From Schmidtea nova (lineage: Eukaryota), in the NCBI GenBank assembly GCA_044892505.1, contig CM097883.1, forward strand, positions 422,344,001 through 422,408,000: a DNA stretch of 64,000 bases, in the 5' to 3' direction. The notes under the pieces were generated by a model. The model was not told the DNA's origin, searched no databases, and was given only the letters and a program-made list of their open reading frames with translations. The position numbers were made by a program, and so were the translations under genes. Each line of letters begins with the position of its first letter. The first letter of the stretch is position 1. This document shows, piece by piece, positions 38,534-50,339 of this stretch.

Positions 38534-39868
38534 CTTAGGCTGTCTAATAAGTTCCCGGAATATGTCATGCACACACACATGCATACATATATACACGTAA
38601 ATATTGTATTAGAATGAAGCCACCAATCAACTGCTTTGGCCAATCATACAGTCAAACTTTTATCCACTGTCTTCTCACTGTGACAGCCCATTATTTCTGC
38701 TAACACAGAGTACTGTGCACCGTTGACTCATTATGGATTTACAGAAAGAACATTTTCGTGCATACATTTACTTAGAAATGCAACGCGGACGTAAAGCATG
38801 TGAAATATATCAGCAACTACAAGATACTCATCTGCATGTTCCTTCACAGACAACTGTATTCGAGTGATACAAACGATTTAAAGAGGGAAGGCAATCTCTT
38901 GATGATGATCCAAGATGCGGGCGCCCAACCACGTCTTCAACCGCTGAAAATGTGCAGACTATCAAAGCTATTCTGGATGAAGAACCAAGGATATCTCTTA
39001 AAGCAGTGAGTGAATCGATTGGCTTGTCTAAAGATACTGTTAGACACATTTTTACAAATCAGCTTGGATTGCGAAAGATCTGTTCCACATGGATTCCACA
39101 TCACCTATCAGAAGCGAACAAACGTGACAGGATTTTGTGTGCACAAAGCATCATCACCATATTTGAAAACCAGTCCATTGATTATTTGTTACACCATTGG
39201 GCGACAGAGGATGAGAGTTGGTTTCTGTATGAAACAGCACTGACGAAACAGCAAAATCAGGCATGGCGTCATCCCACAGAACCAAAACTCACTGTTGTCC
39301 GCCCAAAGCTCACAAACAAGAAAACTCTTCTCTTGCTGGCATTCACTGGTGATCAGAAGATAAGTGCAGACATTTGCTCTCCTGGACAGACTCTGAACTC
39401 AGAGCGTTATGTGGAATTTGTTCGTTCAACTGGGGAAAAATGGCGACATGTTCGCAGACATCCTAAAAAACTCACTGAATTGTTGTGGCAACACGACAAC
39501 GCACGCCCTCACACATCAAAAGAAACAATGGAATTCTTTCAGCATCGTGGAGTGACACTCATCAAACAAAGCCCCTATAGCCCTGACATGAATCAGTGTG
39601 ATCGTTGGGTTTTCAAACACCTTAAACATTCATTTCGAGGGCAGAAATTCGTGGATGGTGATGAGGTGAAAGGAAGAGCGGTGCAGCTGCTCCGCGGTCT
39701 CACTGAAGAGAAGTTCCGTCAAGAATTGTTATCATTGTATGAACATTGTAAACTCGTTGTAATTAATCATGGTAATTATGTAGTTTAAATGTAATATAGA
39801 AATGATTGAAATTTTTCATACAAGTCAGTTTTTTTTAACAATTCCGGGAACTTATTAGACAGCCCAAG
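38534..39868 (+). mobile_element. mariner (DD34D) transposon, full length
   Basis: TA TSD. 28-bp TIR CTT(A/G)GGCTGTCTAATAAGTTCCCGGAAT (27/28). Confidence 0.95.
38733..39788 (+). pseudogene. mariner transposase with one premature stop
   Basis: In-frame from ATG 38733 (MDLQKEHFRAYIY...). TGA at 38865-38867 in place of a conserved W (VFE*YKRFKEG). Motifs TEDESW, QHDNARPH and YSPDMNQCD. Confidence 0.92.
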
Positions 39869-40445
39869 TATTTTGAATCTCTACTGGAAGATTATCACCG
39901 ACCTGAAGTGGAAGCTGACAATATCTTCTGATATTGTGTTTGGATGTTTCTGTTTTCGATACAGTTGCCAGAGCTTCTAGATTCTAATTCGCCAAAGCTG
40001 CTTGTATGATCACTCTTGCTGGCTCTTCCGTTTCTTCCGCATGCCGTTTGATGGTTGATCGAATTCGAGCCTTCTCCACTTGACCAGTAGTTGAGGTTTG
40101 TGAATGTTGACATGGCGGCTTGATCATCACTCCATTTGCAGTATGACAATGACCTTAAAAGGAACGATCACAGCATCTCTATATTTCCTTTTGTTCAGTT
40201 TTTCTTTCCATGTTGTAAAGATAAACATCGTAGGCCAGCTTTCTTTTTCCTTTAGATTCCAAAAACTCCAGAGCCATATTCAGATATTTTGTATTCTTTA
40301 AATAAATATAGTGTTGCGACGTGTTGGAAAAAAAATTATATGGTAAGTATTGTGTGTAGTTTACGATGTTTGTTCCTATCACTATTGAAATGTTTTTTTC
40401 GTTATGTGTAATGTTATGTTGGTATTGATAGTTATTGTAGAAGGT

Positions 40446-41001
40446 TGTAGAACCCAGCAGAGTCTCCGGTAAAAATCTGTCTCGGGACAACTGGAGTTTA
40501 TGCTATATAAATGTATGTATTCGTGCGTGCGTATGTGATTGAATGCTTTAATCAAATTAACTAACAAATGATTATAATAAACAAAAGCAACTTTACAGAA
40601 CGATTTTTATTTAATCAACTAATAAAAAATACTACTCACGGTGAATGGAGTTAATAACAAATATCTTCTTTTTAATTTAATATTCTTTTGTAATTTTTCT
40701 TTTCTCTTGCTCGAACAATATTTTTTTGATTCTTCAATTTCCTTTTTTCGATCGTTAATTTTTCTTTTTGGCAACGTTTCTATGCTTCTTTTGGTTATCG
40801 ATTTCTTTTCGTATTTTTCAAATTCCTATAGTAATTTAATTACTAAAGAAATTTATTTTTTTAAATTTTATATTTAATGAAAAATAATAAGTAAATATAT
40901 AACAAGGGGGGTTATCATGTGTCCTACCGGACGCCCACAAAACTCACAGCGATAACAACAACAATTACCATAATAAAAATAATAATGATAATAACAGTAC
41001 A
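40446..41001 (+). repeat. Copy E2 of the stem-loop/G-tract family
   Basis: TGTAGAACCCAGCAGAGTCTCCGG...CGGGACAACTGGAG start, degenerate palindrome at 40820-40854, AAGGGGGG at about 40904, ends GTACA. Confidence 0.65.
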
Positions 41002-41060
41002 ACCTTTATAGTAAGCATTCCGATTCCAAGGTGTACACTAATCTCTGGTTTGCGCCCGTA

Positions 41061-41240
41061 CTAGGGTCCAACACGCTCATAACAAACCTTACTGCCTATG
41101 TACCCGTAAATACCCTATCTATCTACGTTGGTACTGTACATGACAGCCGATTGAATCAACAGGTGAGCTCCCTTACAAGAACTACTCTCGATTTGTCACT
41201 CCTACTGGTTCTACTAAACCGATAGAAGGTCGCATTTTCT
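41061..41240 (+). repeat. Dispersed repeat Z, copy 2
   Basis: Collinear conserved blocks shared with 25792-25981. Confidence 0.6.
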
Positions 41241-42989
41241 TCCCCTCACCCTTTCACTGGTCACTAATTTTGGGTGTGTTTTACCAATCCGCTATGTATA
41301 CTCTATTTATCTATTCGCCGCAAAATTACTTTTCCATTATTAATTTAAGTTAAGTACAATACAAGTTTCTATTATTGATACCAAAACAACAATGACGTTC
41401 TTTCTCCGTTGTTGCTTTCTTCATTGCTGCTGTCTGTTGAGTTCGTTGACTGCTGGTTGTGGTAGTCTTTCTTGATTCTCTTTTATCTTGTTGCCTTCTT
41501 ATTTCTATTTTCATTGTTCCGTTGATTTTCTCTGACGTCTTGTACAATCTACATTTCAAACTTCTTTGTATCATTTCCTTTCTTCCTCTGATTACGCAAA
41601 TTTTGTATGTTTGTTCAATTTCGAATCCATCTAGTTGAAATGGAATTCCTTTTTCTTTTATTTTGCACTGTAAAGGTACGTTTTTAGTTGATATTACGAT
41701 ATATTTTCTCCAGCAAATTCCTCTCACCCTTAGAATGATGTTTTTTATTTCCACTGTCACTTTCTCGTGGTATCGTATGATTTGTATAGAGATAACTTGT
41801 GGATATCACGACCTTAACACAGGTCTGACTCCAATATAAAAGATATGTAAATAAATGAATATAAGTAAATAACAAAAAATGGAAGTGTTCTATTAATATT
41901 TATATTTCAATTTATACTATGTACAAAAATAACTATTTTAAAAGTGATTACAACAAATGATATTGAATACCGCAAAAGTATTAACAAGAAATGGACTGGT
42001 GGTGCTAAATGCATACACCGTTCTAATAAATCAAAGAGGGGCAAGTAAGTTTGAATTTGCCGCAACCCTGGTGAATACAACTAATCAAACAGTTGATTCA
42101 CGATTATTTACAAAAATTATTATTTCAAAAGGTTAGAAAAGCAATCAATTCCGACTGTTTTAATTGCTATGAGGAGCAGTGAGTATCTTCTTAAATGCTT
42201 TACAAAGCAATGGAATCGACATGATTTAACTAGTTTTCTTCTTTACTGGTTCTGATCGACAAATAAAATCCGCCATAAGTAATTTACATTTGGTTGGATT
42301 GCAAAATAATTTCATCACTGTCTTAATTTTCTTATTCTGATCGAATCTCGTTTTCTTTTTAGACAAGTATACTGGATTATTTAAATGTCAAATGAGTTTC
42401 TCTCTCCTATTCTGACTATATCTTATCTGGTATTATAACACAAGCAGTTACACTTGGTTTTATTTAAATGTCAACCTAATTTTTCTCCTCCCCTTAACTG
42501 GTCTTGCTGACCTATTTATATTATTACTTTTATTTTTAATCAATATTTTTAAATTACTAAATTAGTAACTATTATTGTAGTTTTCTATTTTTAGTCACCC
42601 TAAAATACTATTAATATTATATTTTATTTATTTAAACACTTTTTCTATTTTTAGTATATTTTATTTCTATTTTTATTCTAAAATTCAATTATAATTAGGA
42701 CATAAAATCCATCCGTAACATGATGGAAGTTTATTTGAAAAATTTTTTTAATCAAATTCTTTAAATTTCTTTTTGTTTAAGGTTTGACATTTATTTTTAG
42801 AAACAACATTAGTATTATTTATATTTGATCAACTTAGTTTATATACTGTTGATCCGTTTTTGTTAAAAATAAATGTACGAACTCGTAAATCGACTGAACA
42901 ACTGTGAATCGGGCCCCCATAACTTGATACAACAGAAATCCTAGAAAAACCTCAATAACATGGTAAAAAAACTCTGATTTGAAGACATA

Positions 42990-43191
42990 AAAAGTTTCTG
43001 TACTTTTTAGCACTTTGAAATTGATAATAGCACTTTAAAATCAACAGTAGCACTTTTTAAAATGTATCAGTACTTGAAAATCATTAGCAGCACCTAAATT
43101 TTTAAAAAAACGCGTAATAAATCAAATAAAAAACGCACGATAATTTGTCGACCAACCACACGGAAAGTCATTTCTCGAGATCGCAACACTG
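42990..43191. mobile_element. Possible single hAT terminus with TAGCACT subterminal repeats
   Basis: Ends CGCAACACTG (CAGTGTTG on the minus strand), with several TAGCACT/AGCAC repeats internal to it. Confidence 0.4.
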
Positions 43192-43689
43192 GTGCTATTT
43201 TCAAGGAGGGTGGGGGTATATGCGTAATAACTCATAGTGGCCCATGAGGCTTATATCTACCTACTGACATCAATACAAAATCTCGTGTATATTACATTCA
43301 AAAACATGATTTTCATTTAGGTATATGTGGGGCTGAATTATTAAGTATATGTATGTTAAAAGGGGTTAAAACTTTATATGGTGGTGTTTAAAATTAATAA
43401 AACAGGTTTTTTCTAAAAATTTATTTTCTATTTTGACTATAAATCTAATGCATCGATTTTATGAAATCAAATTTACGTTTATCAAATTTTCTTTTAATTT
43501 ATGAAGGTAGAGAAACCAGAAAATTTGAATCATCATCCTGCCATCGTCTAAAAATCATTTTCGTGATAAATTCTAAAAAATTCTGAACCGTAAAATTAAG
43601 TATTAGTGATACAAAGAAAATATTACTTCAACTCAAATTATGCAGATATTTTAAGAAACATTCATTTGAGAATCCAGAATATCTAAAAA

Positions 43690-44250
43690 TAAATATATGA
43701 AATCGGTAATTTGCCAGTACTTTGCTCAATTGATTTCACTGCCATTCTACTTCGCTTTGAAGGATGAATTGTTGATACAGATGCCAATTTCAAGGTTGTA
43801 TATCCAATGCTACCCTTGTATTCAATCATTGTTAAATGCAGCTGTTTGTCTTCAGAACTCAACCAATACCCTTTTTTTGTTATGTCAAAAAGCCAACCAA
43901 ATCCTTCTCGAATTTTTCATTTCATTTCTTACGATAATTAAGATACAAATCAATCGAATTACTTATTTTAGCTGAAACATGTTGTTTTCATACGACGGGA
44001 AAATTAAATTTCATCCAAACACATCATTTCTTCTGTAATTTTGTCTATCCTCGCCTTCCTTTCCCTGATGGATTGATACAATCCCAAGTAACGTTCAATA
44101 ATGTTACTCGTACCAGGCATTTTACAAAGTTCCGTCAATTCTGTTAATTGTAAAGGTATTTCTGAATGCCTTGCGATTCTTTTCTTTAAATTATGTTTCC
44201 ATATATCTGAATTGTCATCGACAACTTGTTTCGCTAACTTAGATAACATT
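43690..44250 (-). pseudogene. N-terminal fragment of a divergent hAT-group (hATm/hATw-like) transposase
   Basis: Reads FDITKKGYWLSSEDKQLHLTMIEYKGSIGYTTLKLA..TIHPSKR. The FDI..ED..L...G layout parallels LFDIAHVDALTLMTIPEDRAFLLSQMQKGRLG at 55576-55785. Family assignment is from memory. Confidence 0.4.
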
Positions 44251-45185
44251 ATAAATCCTAAATTATTTATTACAAACGGCGATAAATATTAACAAATCAT
44301 GTAATACCCTATTACGTATTTGAAAATGATTGAAATGATTGAAAATAATTGACTGTTATATTTTAAAGTATAAATAAACTAAATGTTATTTCATGAATAT
44401 AATTCTATAAATCTTTGGCTAAGATCCGAATGAAGTGCCGTTAAGTGTGACAATAAAAAAACAAATCTTCATCTCTATTTTGCAATTTTGAAAGATTTGG
44501 AAACATTTCTTCCTAAGTTTTGTTTGTATAGCAAAAGTTTTGCAACGGAGGCAGATATTACACTTTTAGTTTTAATTAAATTTAATGTGTCACCTTATAA
44601 TTTCAAATTAGTCTCGTTAAATCTGGCAAATAAATCAGTATTATAAGCGATGTCATTTTTCTAGATAATTAAATTGTGCCGCAAATCATTGTCTTTACTT
44701 TCCAGGAATTCCAACACTGAATCAAAAAGTGAATAGGAGCAATCCAAACATGAACTTTTAGATAACCAACGTACTTCTGTGTTAAGTAGTAAACGATTAT
44801 AGTCATCATTTTCCAAACAAAGTTGAGCAAATAATCTCTCATTTAAGGCATTCCTTTTGATTTTATCAACTGCTCTAATGACATAATTTACTGATTCATG
44901 CAAACGTTCACTAATGTTTTTTGTGACCAAATGATGTGTATGAATGACACAATGTACCGATAACACATTCGGTATAACTTGTTTTAAGTATGCCATAAAG
45001 CCTCTGTGTCGTTCTACCATTACCGGAGCACCATCAGTAGCAACGGAAATGATATTAGTCAAGGGTATAGCTTTTACATCAAAAAATCTTTTTAATTCAG
45101 TAAATAAAGTTTCACCTTTCGTATCAGTTTCCAAACATTTAGCAAATAACAATTCTTGGGAAATTTTTTCTTTTACAAATCTCAC

Positions 45186-48080
45186 CAGTGGTGGGATTCA
45201 AAATATTTAACAACCGGTTCGCATCCGGAAAACAATTGAAAACCAGTTCGGCCGTAAAAAAAATCAAAAATTTGTTATCGTTTTTATTTCAATTCATTAT
45301 TTAATTTCATATATTATTTAAAATTAAAACAGTTAAAAAAAGGTAATAGAAACAGGATAGTTATTATTTATATATAAAGTGTTTAAAATTATTTAAAATA
45401 TTTCCAAATTGAAATTTGATTATCATTATAGTTCATTGGTGCAGGTTCTTTTACTCTGTTGTCATCTGCAGAGTGATTCTTCCTCAACCAAGTTTTAACA
45501 AATCGTTCAGGGTTCCATATGTCCAAAGGAAGACCAATTAAATTTATTACCATGAGATTAGCAACATTTTGAACAATTAAACGGTTTCTTTTTTCGGAAT
45601 ATATTAGATTCATTGTAGAAAACCCTCTTTCTGCTTCCGCAGAACTAATCGCTACAGTATTGATAATGTTTTTTGCTCTTTGTATTGATTTTGGAATGAC
45701 AAAAATTTCGCGATTGCTTATAACATTTTCCAAAAAGTCACGGAAGTCATTTACGTCGATGTTGTATTTAAAAATATCTGTGAATCCGACCAATTTCTCT
45801 TCTGCGGCTATCCATGGAACCACAATCTCATCGATGTTCCAAGAATCATGCTCCAGAACGTTAATAACTTCAAAAAGTTTATTGGTATCATTTTTCGTAC
45901 TTTTTGTTGCCAATAAATGGTCATCATCATCCATTAGTCTTGTTCTCATATTAGCAATTACTGCGTCCAATAGTTTTTGGCGAGGGAGTCTACTGTAAAT
46001 TGTATGCTCTATAAAATTAATATCTTTAAAAGCATCTGAATTGATGACTTTATTCACTTTCTTTTCATATATACCTTTATTTTCTTTAATCATTTTAATG
46101 GCCAACATGGATCTTCTTATTAAATTTTGGGCTCGTAAAATATTTAAATTTCTGGCTTGAAGCGCGTTTGAAACATATGAAATTTCTTGCAAAATATCAA
46201 TCATTATTGCTAAATCTTGTAAAAAGAATTTATTGCGAAGTCGATTAGCCATTCCTGAATATTTCGTATTAGAAACAAAATATTTATATAAAGCTGGATA
46301 AGCCCTCCATACAGCAACTGTTGCTCTTAAGCTGCAAGCGGCCCATCTAGGTCCTAAAACTCTGACAATCTTTATAATTTCTAGCTCAAGTTCTTCAGAA
46401 ATATTCTTAAGTTCTAACTGATTTTTATTTGATTTATGAAAAATCACGTATATTTTATCAATAAATATCTTGAAATGATTTATTTGTTTTATTGTGTCAA
46501 TAGAATCATCTAAAACCAATTGCAGACGATGGCTTAAACAATGCCAAATAATTGTGCCAGGGAAATCTTTTGAAAGTCTTGAGCTGACACCTGATTTACG
46601 ACCAAGCATTACACTTGCACCATCAGAACAAAATGCAATCAAATTTGATTTCAAATAATTTATATCGAATCCAACTTTATATATACTCTGTAACATGGTC
46701 GTGTATTTGGTTTCAGCATCTTGTGCTTCCAATTCAACTAAATCTAGAAATATTGTTGGTGGCACATCAGAATCTTCAACTTTTAAATAAATTATTAGTA
46801 CAGATTTACTAGATATAGTCGAGGCTTCATCGATTATGATGCAAATTTTCAAATCCTTTGCGATTATCTTGCAAAATATTTCCTTTTTTATTTCTGATGC
46901 AATGTGATCAATAATTTTAACTGCAGTTTTGCGAGAATGGAGTCCCACTCCCATGCTCAATCCATTTTTAACTTGTAGTTCAATCTCATTTTGAATATCA
47001 GAAAATGGTCTGCATCTTTTTGCTATACTGTAAACAGTATTAAAGATTTTGCATGTAGAATCGACGTATTTTTCATTACCTTTATCGAAACATTGCAAAA
47101 TTACGTCTTGTGAACGATCTTTTAACTGCTGTACACTAACTTGGTGAGCCTTAGATGAAAAGTGTTTATTCATTTTTTTTCGGAGAGATGCTTGTTGAAT
47201 GGTTTTATTTTTTCCAGATGCTTCAATATTGCAGCTTTTCCATTCAACTGATACATGAATTCCCTTCGCTTTTATTGAATCTATTTGCGCGCAATAATTA
47301 CAACCCAATTTTTTATTTCGAACTAATAAGCCATCATATTTCTTCTGAAAATCTTGAAATTGCAAGGGCTTCCAGCAATCTGGGAGATTGTGTTTTACTT
47401 CGTCATTGATTTGCACAGTATTAGCTGAATGTGGCGATTCTGCTTCTACTGTTTGTATAATATTACTTAATTCCCCGTTTGTTATTGACGTCATATCTTG
47501 ACCAGGCTTCACCTTTAGAAAAAAATCAGACAAAACTGGTTGTCTACCGCGCTTCATGATGGCTAAAATAATACCGAGAAATTTAACATATAATTAAGTA
47601 AAACTAACACAATTTAAGTTAAATTTATGTTAAATTATTTAACATAAATTTAACGTCAATTGTTTTCTCATAAAATCAATTTAACAATAACTATTTATTA
47701 ATATATACTTATAATTTTAATACAATTTGTTGTCACAAACACTACCTAAAGAAAACTGGACAAATATAAAACAAATTTAAACCACACTCACGAAAACTTT
47801 TTAAAACCATAAATTCAAATCATAAATTTTTGGTAAAGCATACTTCGGTAAATTTTTTGAATTTCGTATTCGATTGTTTACTTTTCTTTTTGAAAATTTT
47901 TGAATTTCCTATGCAATTGTTTATTTTTTATTTTTTTTGATAGTTTTTGAATTTCATATGCGATTATTTACTTTTTGTTTCATGCTAAATTGTTGGTAAA
48001 CACTGCCGGTTCTGCGAACCCAAAAACTTTTAGGAAACGGTTCGCACGAACCGGTGCGAACCGGCTGAATCCCACCACTG
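45186..48080 (-). mobile_element. hAT Tip100-like transposon, apparently intact (2895 bp)
   Basis: Perfect 15-bp TIR CAGTGGTGGGATTCA and perfect 8-bp TSD AATCTCAC (45178-45185, 48081-48088). AACCGGT/GGTTCGC subterminal repeats. Confidence 0.95.
45389..47557 (-). CDS. hAT transposase, ZNF862/KIAA1586-like, 722 aa
   Basis: Uninterrupted ORF with CNYC..H zinc-finger region, IIIDEAST, FCSDGASVMLG, WHCLSHRLQL, PRWAACS and dimerisation motif ISSAEAERGFS. Confidence 0.93.
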   Translation of the reverse strand: MKRGRQPVLSDFFLKVKPGQDMTSITNGELSNIIQTVEAESPHSANTVQINDEVKHNLPDCWKPLQFQDFQKKYDGLLVRNKKLGCNYCAQIDSIKAKGIHVSVEWKSCNIEASGKNKTIQQASLRKKMNKHFSSKAHQVSVQQLKDRSQDVILQCFDKGNEKYVDSTCKIFNTVYSIAKRCRPFSDIQNEIELQVKNGLSMGVGLHSRKTAVKIIDHIASEIKKEIFCKIIAKDLKICIIIDEASTISSKSVLIIYLKVEDSDVPPTIFLDLVELEAQDAETKYTTMLQSIYKVGFDINYLKSNLIAFCSDGASVMLGRKSGVSSRLSKDFPGTIIWHCLSHRLQLVLDDSIDTIKQINHFKIFIDKIYVIFHKSNKNQLELKNISEELELEIIKIVRVLGPRWAACSLRATVAVWRAYPALYKYFVSNTKYSGMANRLRNKFFLQDLAIMIDILQEISYVSNALQARNLNILRAQNLIRRSMLAIKMIKENKGIYEKKVNKVINSDAFKDINFIEHTIYSRLPRQKLLDAVIANMRTRLMDDDDHLLATKSTKNDTNKLFEVINVLEHDSWNIDEIVVPWIAAEEKLVGFTDIFKYNIDVNDFRDFLENVISNREIFVIPKSIQRAKNIINTVAISSAEAERGFSTMNLIYSEKRNRLIVQNVANLMVINLIGLPLDIWNPERFVKTWLRKNHSADDNRVKEPAPMNYNDNQISIWKYFK

Positions 48081-48627
48081 AATCTCACAAAAAGTAAAGT
48101 TTCGTTTCCTGGTAATGTTGACTCGTCAAGCTGTATAGAGAATTCAGATGTTTTAAGTAGTCACATAAAGAGTTTTCTACACTCTGAGCCATTTCGTCGA
48201 TCCTTCTTCGTACAGTATTATGACTCAGTGGAATTCTTTTTATAATATCGAAAGCTGGTTTGTGCATTACCTCACTTACAGCTGGTAGGATAAGTTCTTC
48301 GCGATCAATAAAGAAATATTATAAAAAGCACGCAGTCCATCTTCATCTCTCTTAGATGTTGCCCCTATGATTTCTTGCAATGTCGGTGTTTTCAAATCTT
48401 CTTCTTTGATTGTTTGAAAAAACGTTAAATCCTTATATTTTTTTGTCGCTGAATTTTTATTAAATGTTCCTTAAGCTTAGTTTTATTACATGTAAGACAG
48501 AAAGGTAAAGTACTATATCCTGGTGACATAATAAAAGTCATATTTCATATATTCAACACTGAATTGTCTGCATTTTTTCTTCGTCTCACGTATACTGTTA
48601 TCTGAAAAAGGGGATCAAAAAATATAA

Positions 48628-48630
<3 letters not shown>

Positions 48631-48660
<30 letters not shown>
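48631..48660. repeat. (TA)n microsatellite
   Basis: 15 TA units directly upstream of the hATm-like left end. Confidence 0.95.
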
Positions 48661-48665
<5 letters not shown>

Positions 48666-50339
48666 TAGAGTGGCCCTCAGTACATAGCAAAAAAAATGAA
48701 AGTCTTAATTTCAACTCTGGCACCAATCCAATCTGTGCCAATTATATAAATAATGAATTGTTCTAAAAATCATTACGATTGGACAATATTTAGAGGTGGC
48801 CCTCGAGTGTTTAAGTTTTGTAAGTATCACTACTTCGAGCTTGAAATTTGAAATTGCCACAGTTTTCTTGCGTGTTTAATTCACATTTATTTCACACACA
48901 ACAGCCTGTAAAAGTCACTGATTCAGAAATAACTCCACATACACATGTTAAGAATTATGTCTCTGCCAGACTGCCAACTGGTTAATGTTCATCCGTGTTA
49001 CTGTTATTTCGCAGTTTCCAATTGATCACTAGGATTCGATAGGATTCGTTTGGTACAGTCAGGGAACTGACGCCTGTTTTCATTCACAATTTGAAGAAGA
49101 AACTGGAGTTGATCTTCATTCTTGGTCAATTTCTTATTATAGTCTTGAATGAGAGCTATTCACCGCTCAGCTCTGTCGTTGACAACTGCCAAGCTCTTGA
49201 CGATGCCCAGTGCTAGTGTGCACGACTCATCCCGTTCCCAGCCTGATGGATCCTTGTAGAGCAGTGCTTCGGGTAGATCAAGCAACTGGAACAGTTTATT
49301 ATAGTTTGATGTACAGAACTTCTCCAAACCGAGTTTTCCCAGGAATGCATCAGACATTATGCTGGGTCTCTACGATGGATGATCCGAAGCTTCTTCGTCC
49401 ATCGCGGAAATCATGAGTCTCTTTGAGTCATGCGATAATCTGGAAAACAAACAGGGCCAGAACAATGACAGATAACACAAATATAGACCAAGCTTCTAGC
49501 TGGTTGCAGCAGAAATAGCCGCATGCGGATAGTGCATAAGTTGTCCCATAAGCTTGAAGTCATTCAGAGGTGCTTCTACAGCCAGTGATGTAGTCATCCA
49601 GGCGTTGAGGTGGATGATAATGGAAAAAATGGCTACATCACAAATACCACGCTCTTCTAAAACAGTCATCTTGAACTGACTGCGAAAAAGCCACATTTTG
49701 ATGGAGTAGAGGACTTTGGGCATCCATCGTGCCCTATGCATTGCACCAGGCATTTGAAAGTAAATTCTGCGATCAGAAACAGCGCCAAGAAATATGACTG
49801 AAAACTCAAGGAATTCTCTGTAATCACCTCTTGGCTGTTCAGCTTGCAAATATGTTGTGGCAAAACTCAGGATATCAGAACGATATGAAGCAACTAGTAA
49901 CTCAACAAATGGGTCTGGTGAAGCAACCTGAAAGCCGTCATGGTTTATAAATGACCAATGATCATGGAACCGCTTGAATAATAGAATGTCTGGTCCTGTT
50001 GAAGTGCCAACTAGGGATTGTAAATTTACCGATTTTTTCATTTACCGGTAAATCGGTAAATGAAAATAAAATTTCCGGGAAATTTTTTTTTATAAAAGAT
50101 AAAATAAAGTTGACAAAAAACAAGTTTAAATTTCCATTTCACGATTTTTATTTCAAAAATATAAAATATGAAAAATAAAGATTAATGTATTATTATAAAT
50201 CTAAACAAACTATAATAATATTTTAGAAAAAAATAAAAATAAAGCAAAAAAAAATAATAATGACACAGAAATAGCTTTATTAACTAATAGTTTTCTATTT
50301 ATTAACATTTTTAAAAAAATAACTCCTCAAAAAACCTAA

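Larger units (their letters stand above)
36294..40275 (-). pseudogene. MULE-B: older FLYWCH+MULE transposase, split by a mariner and by MULE-A
   Basis: After removing both inserts the reading continues: MALEFLESKGKRKLAYDVYLYNMERK...EIQNT|LNSQPFL...VWFVDGTLKV...VINDFEHA...CHFHYGQYIW...YPKYAM|HILVLVALIYVP. Confidence 0.88.
44420..48600 (-). pseudogene. Buster/SCAND3-like hAT transposase remnant, split by the Tip100-like element
   Basis: HNTVRRRIDEM, FSIQLDESTL...TLLFVR|FVKE rejoining across the insert, SVATDGAPVM, VHCVIHT and TEVRWLSK. Confidence 0.88.

Noticed and set aside
38865-38867. TGA read as Trp (alternative genetic code)
   Set aside because: Only one case. The intact ORFs use TGG for Trp, and the Merlin ORF ends in TGA, so a nonsense mutation is simpler.
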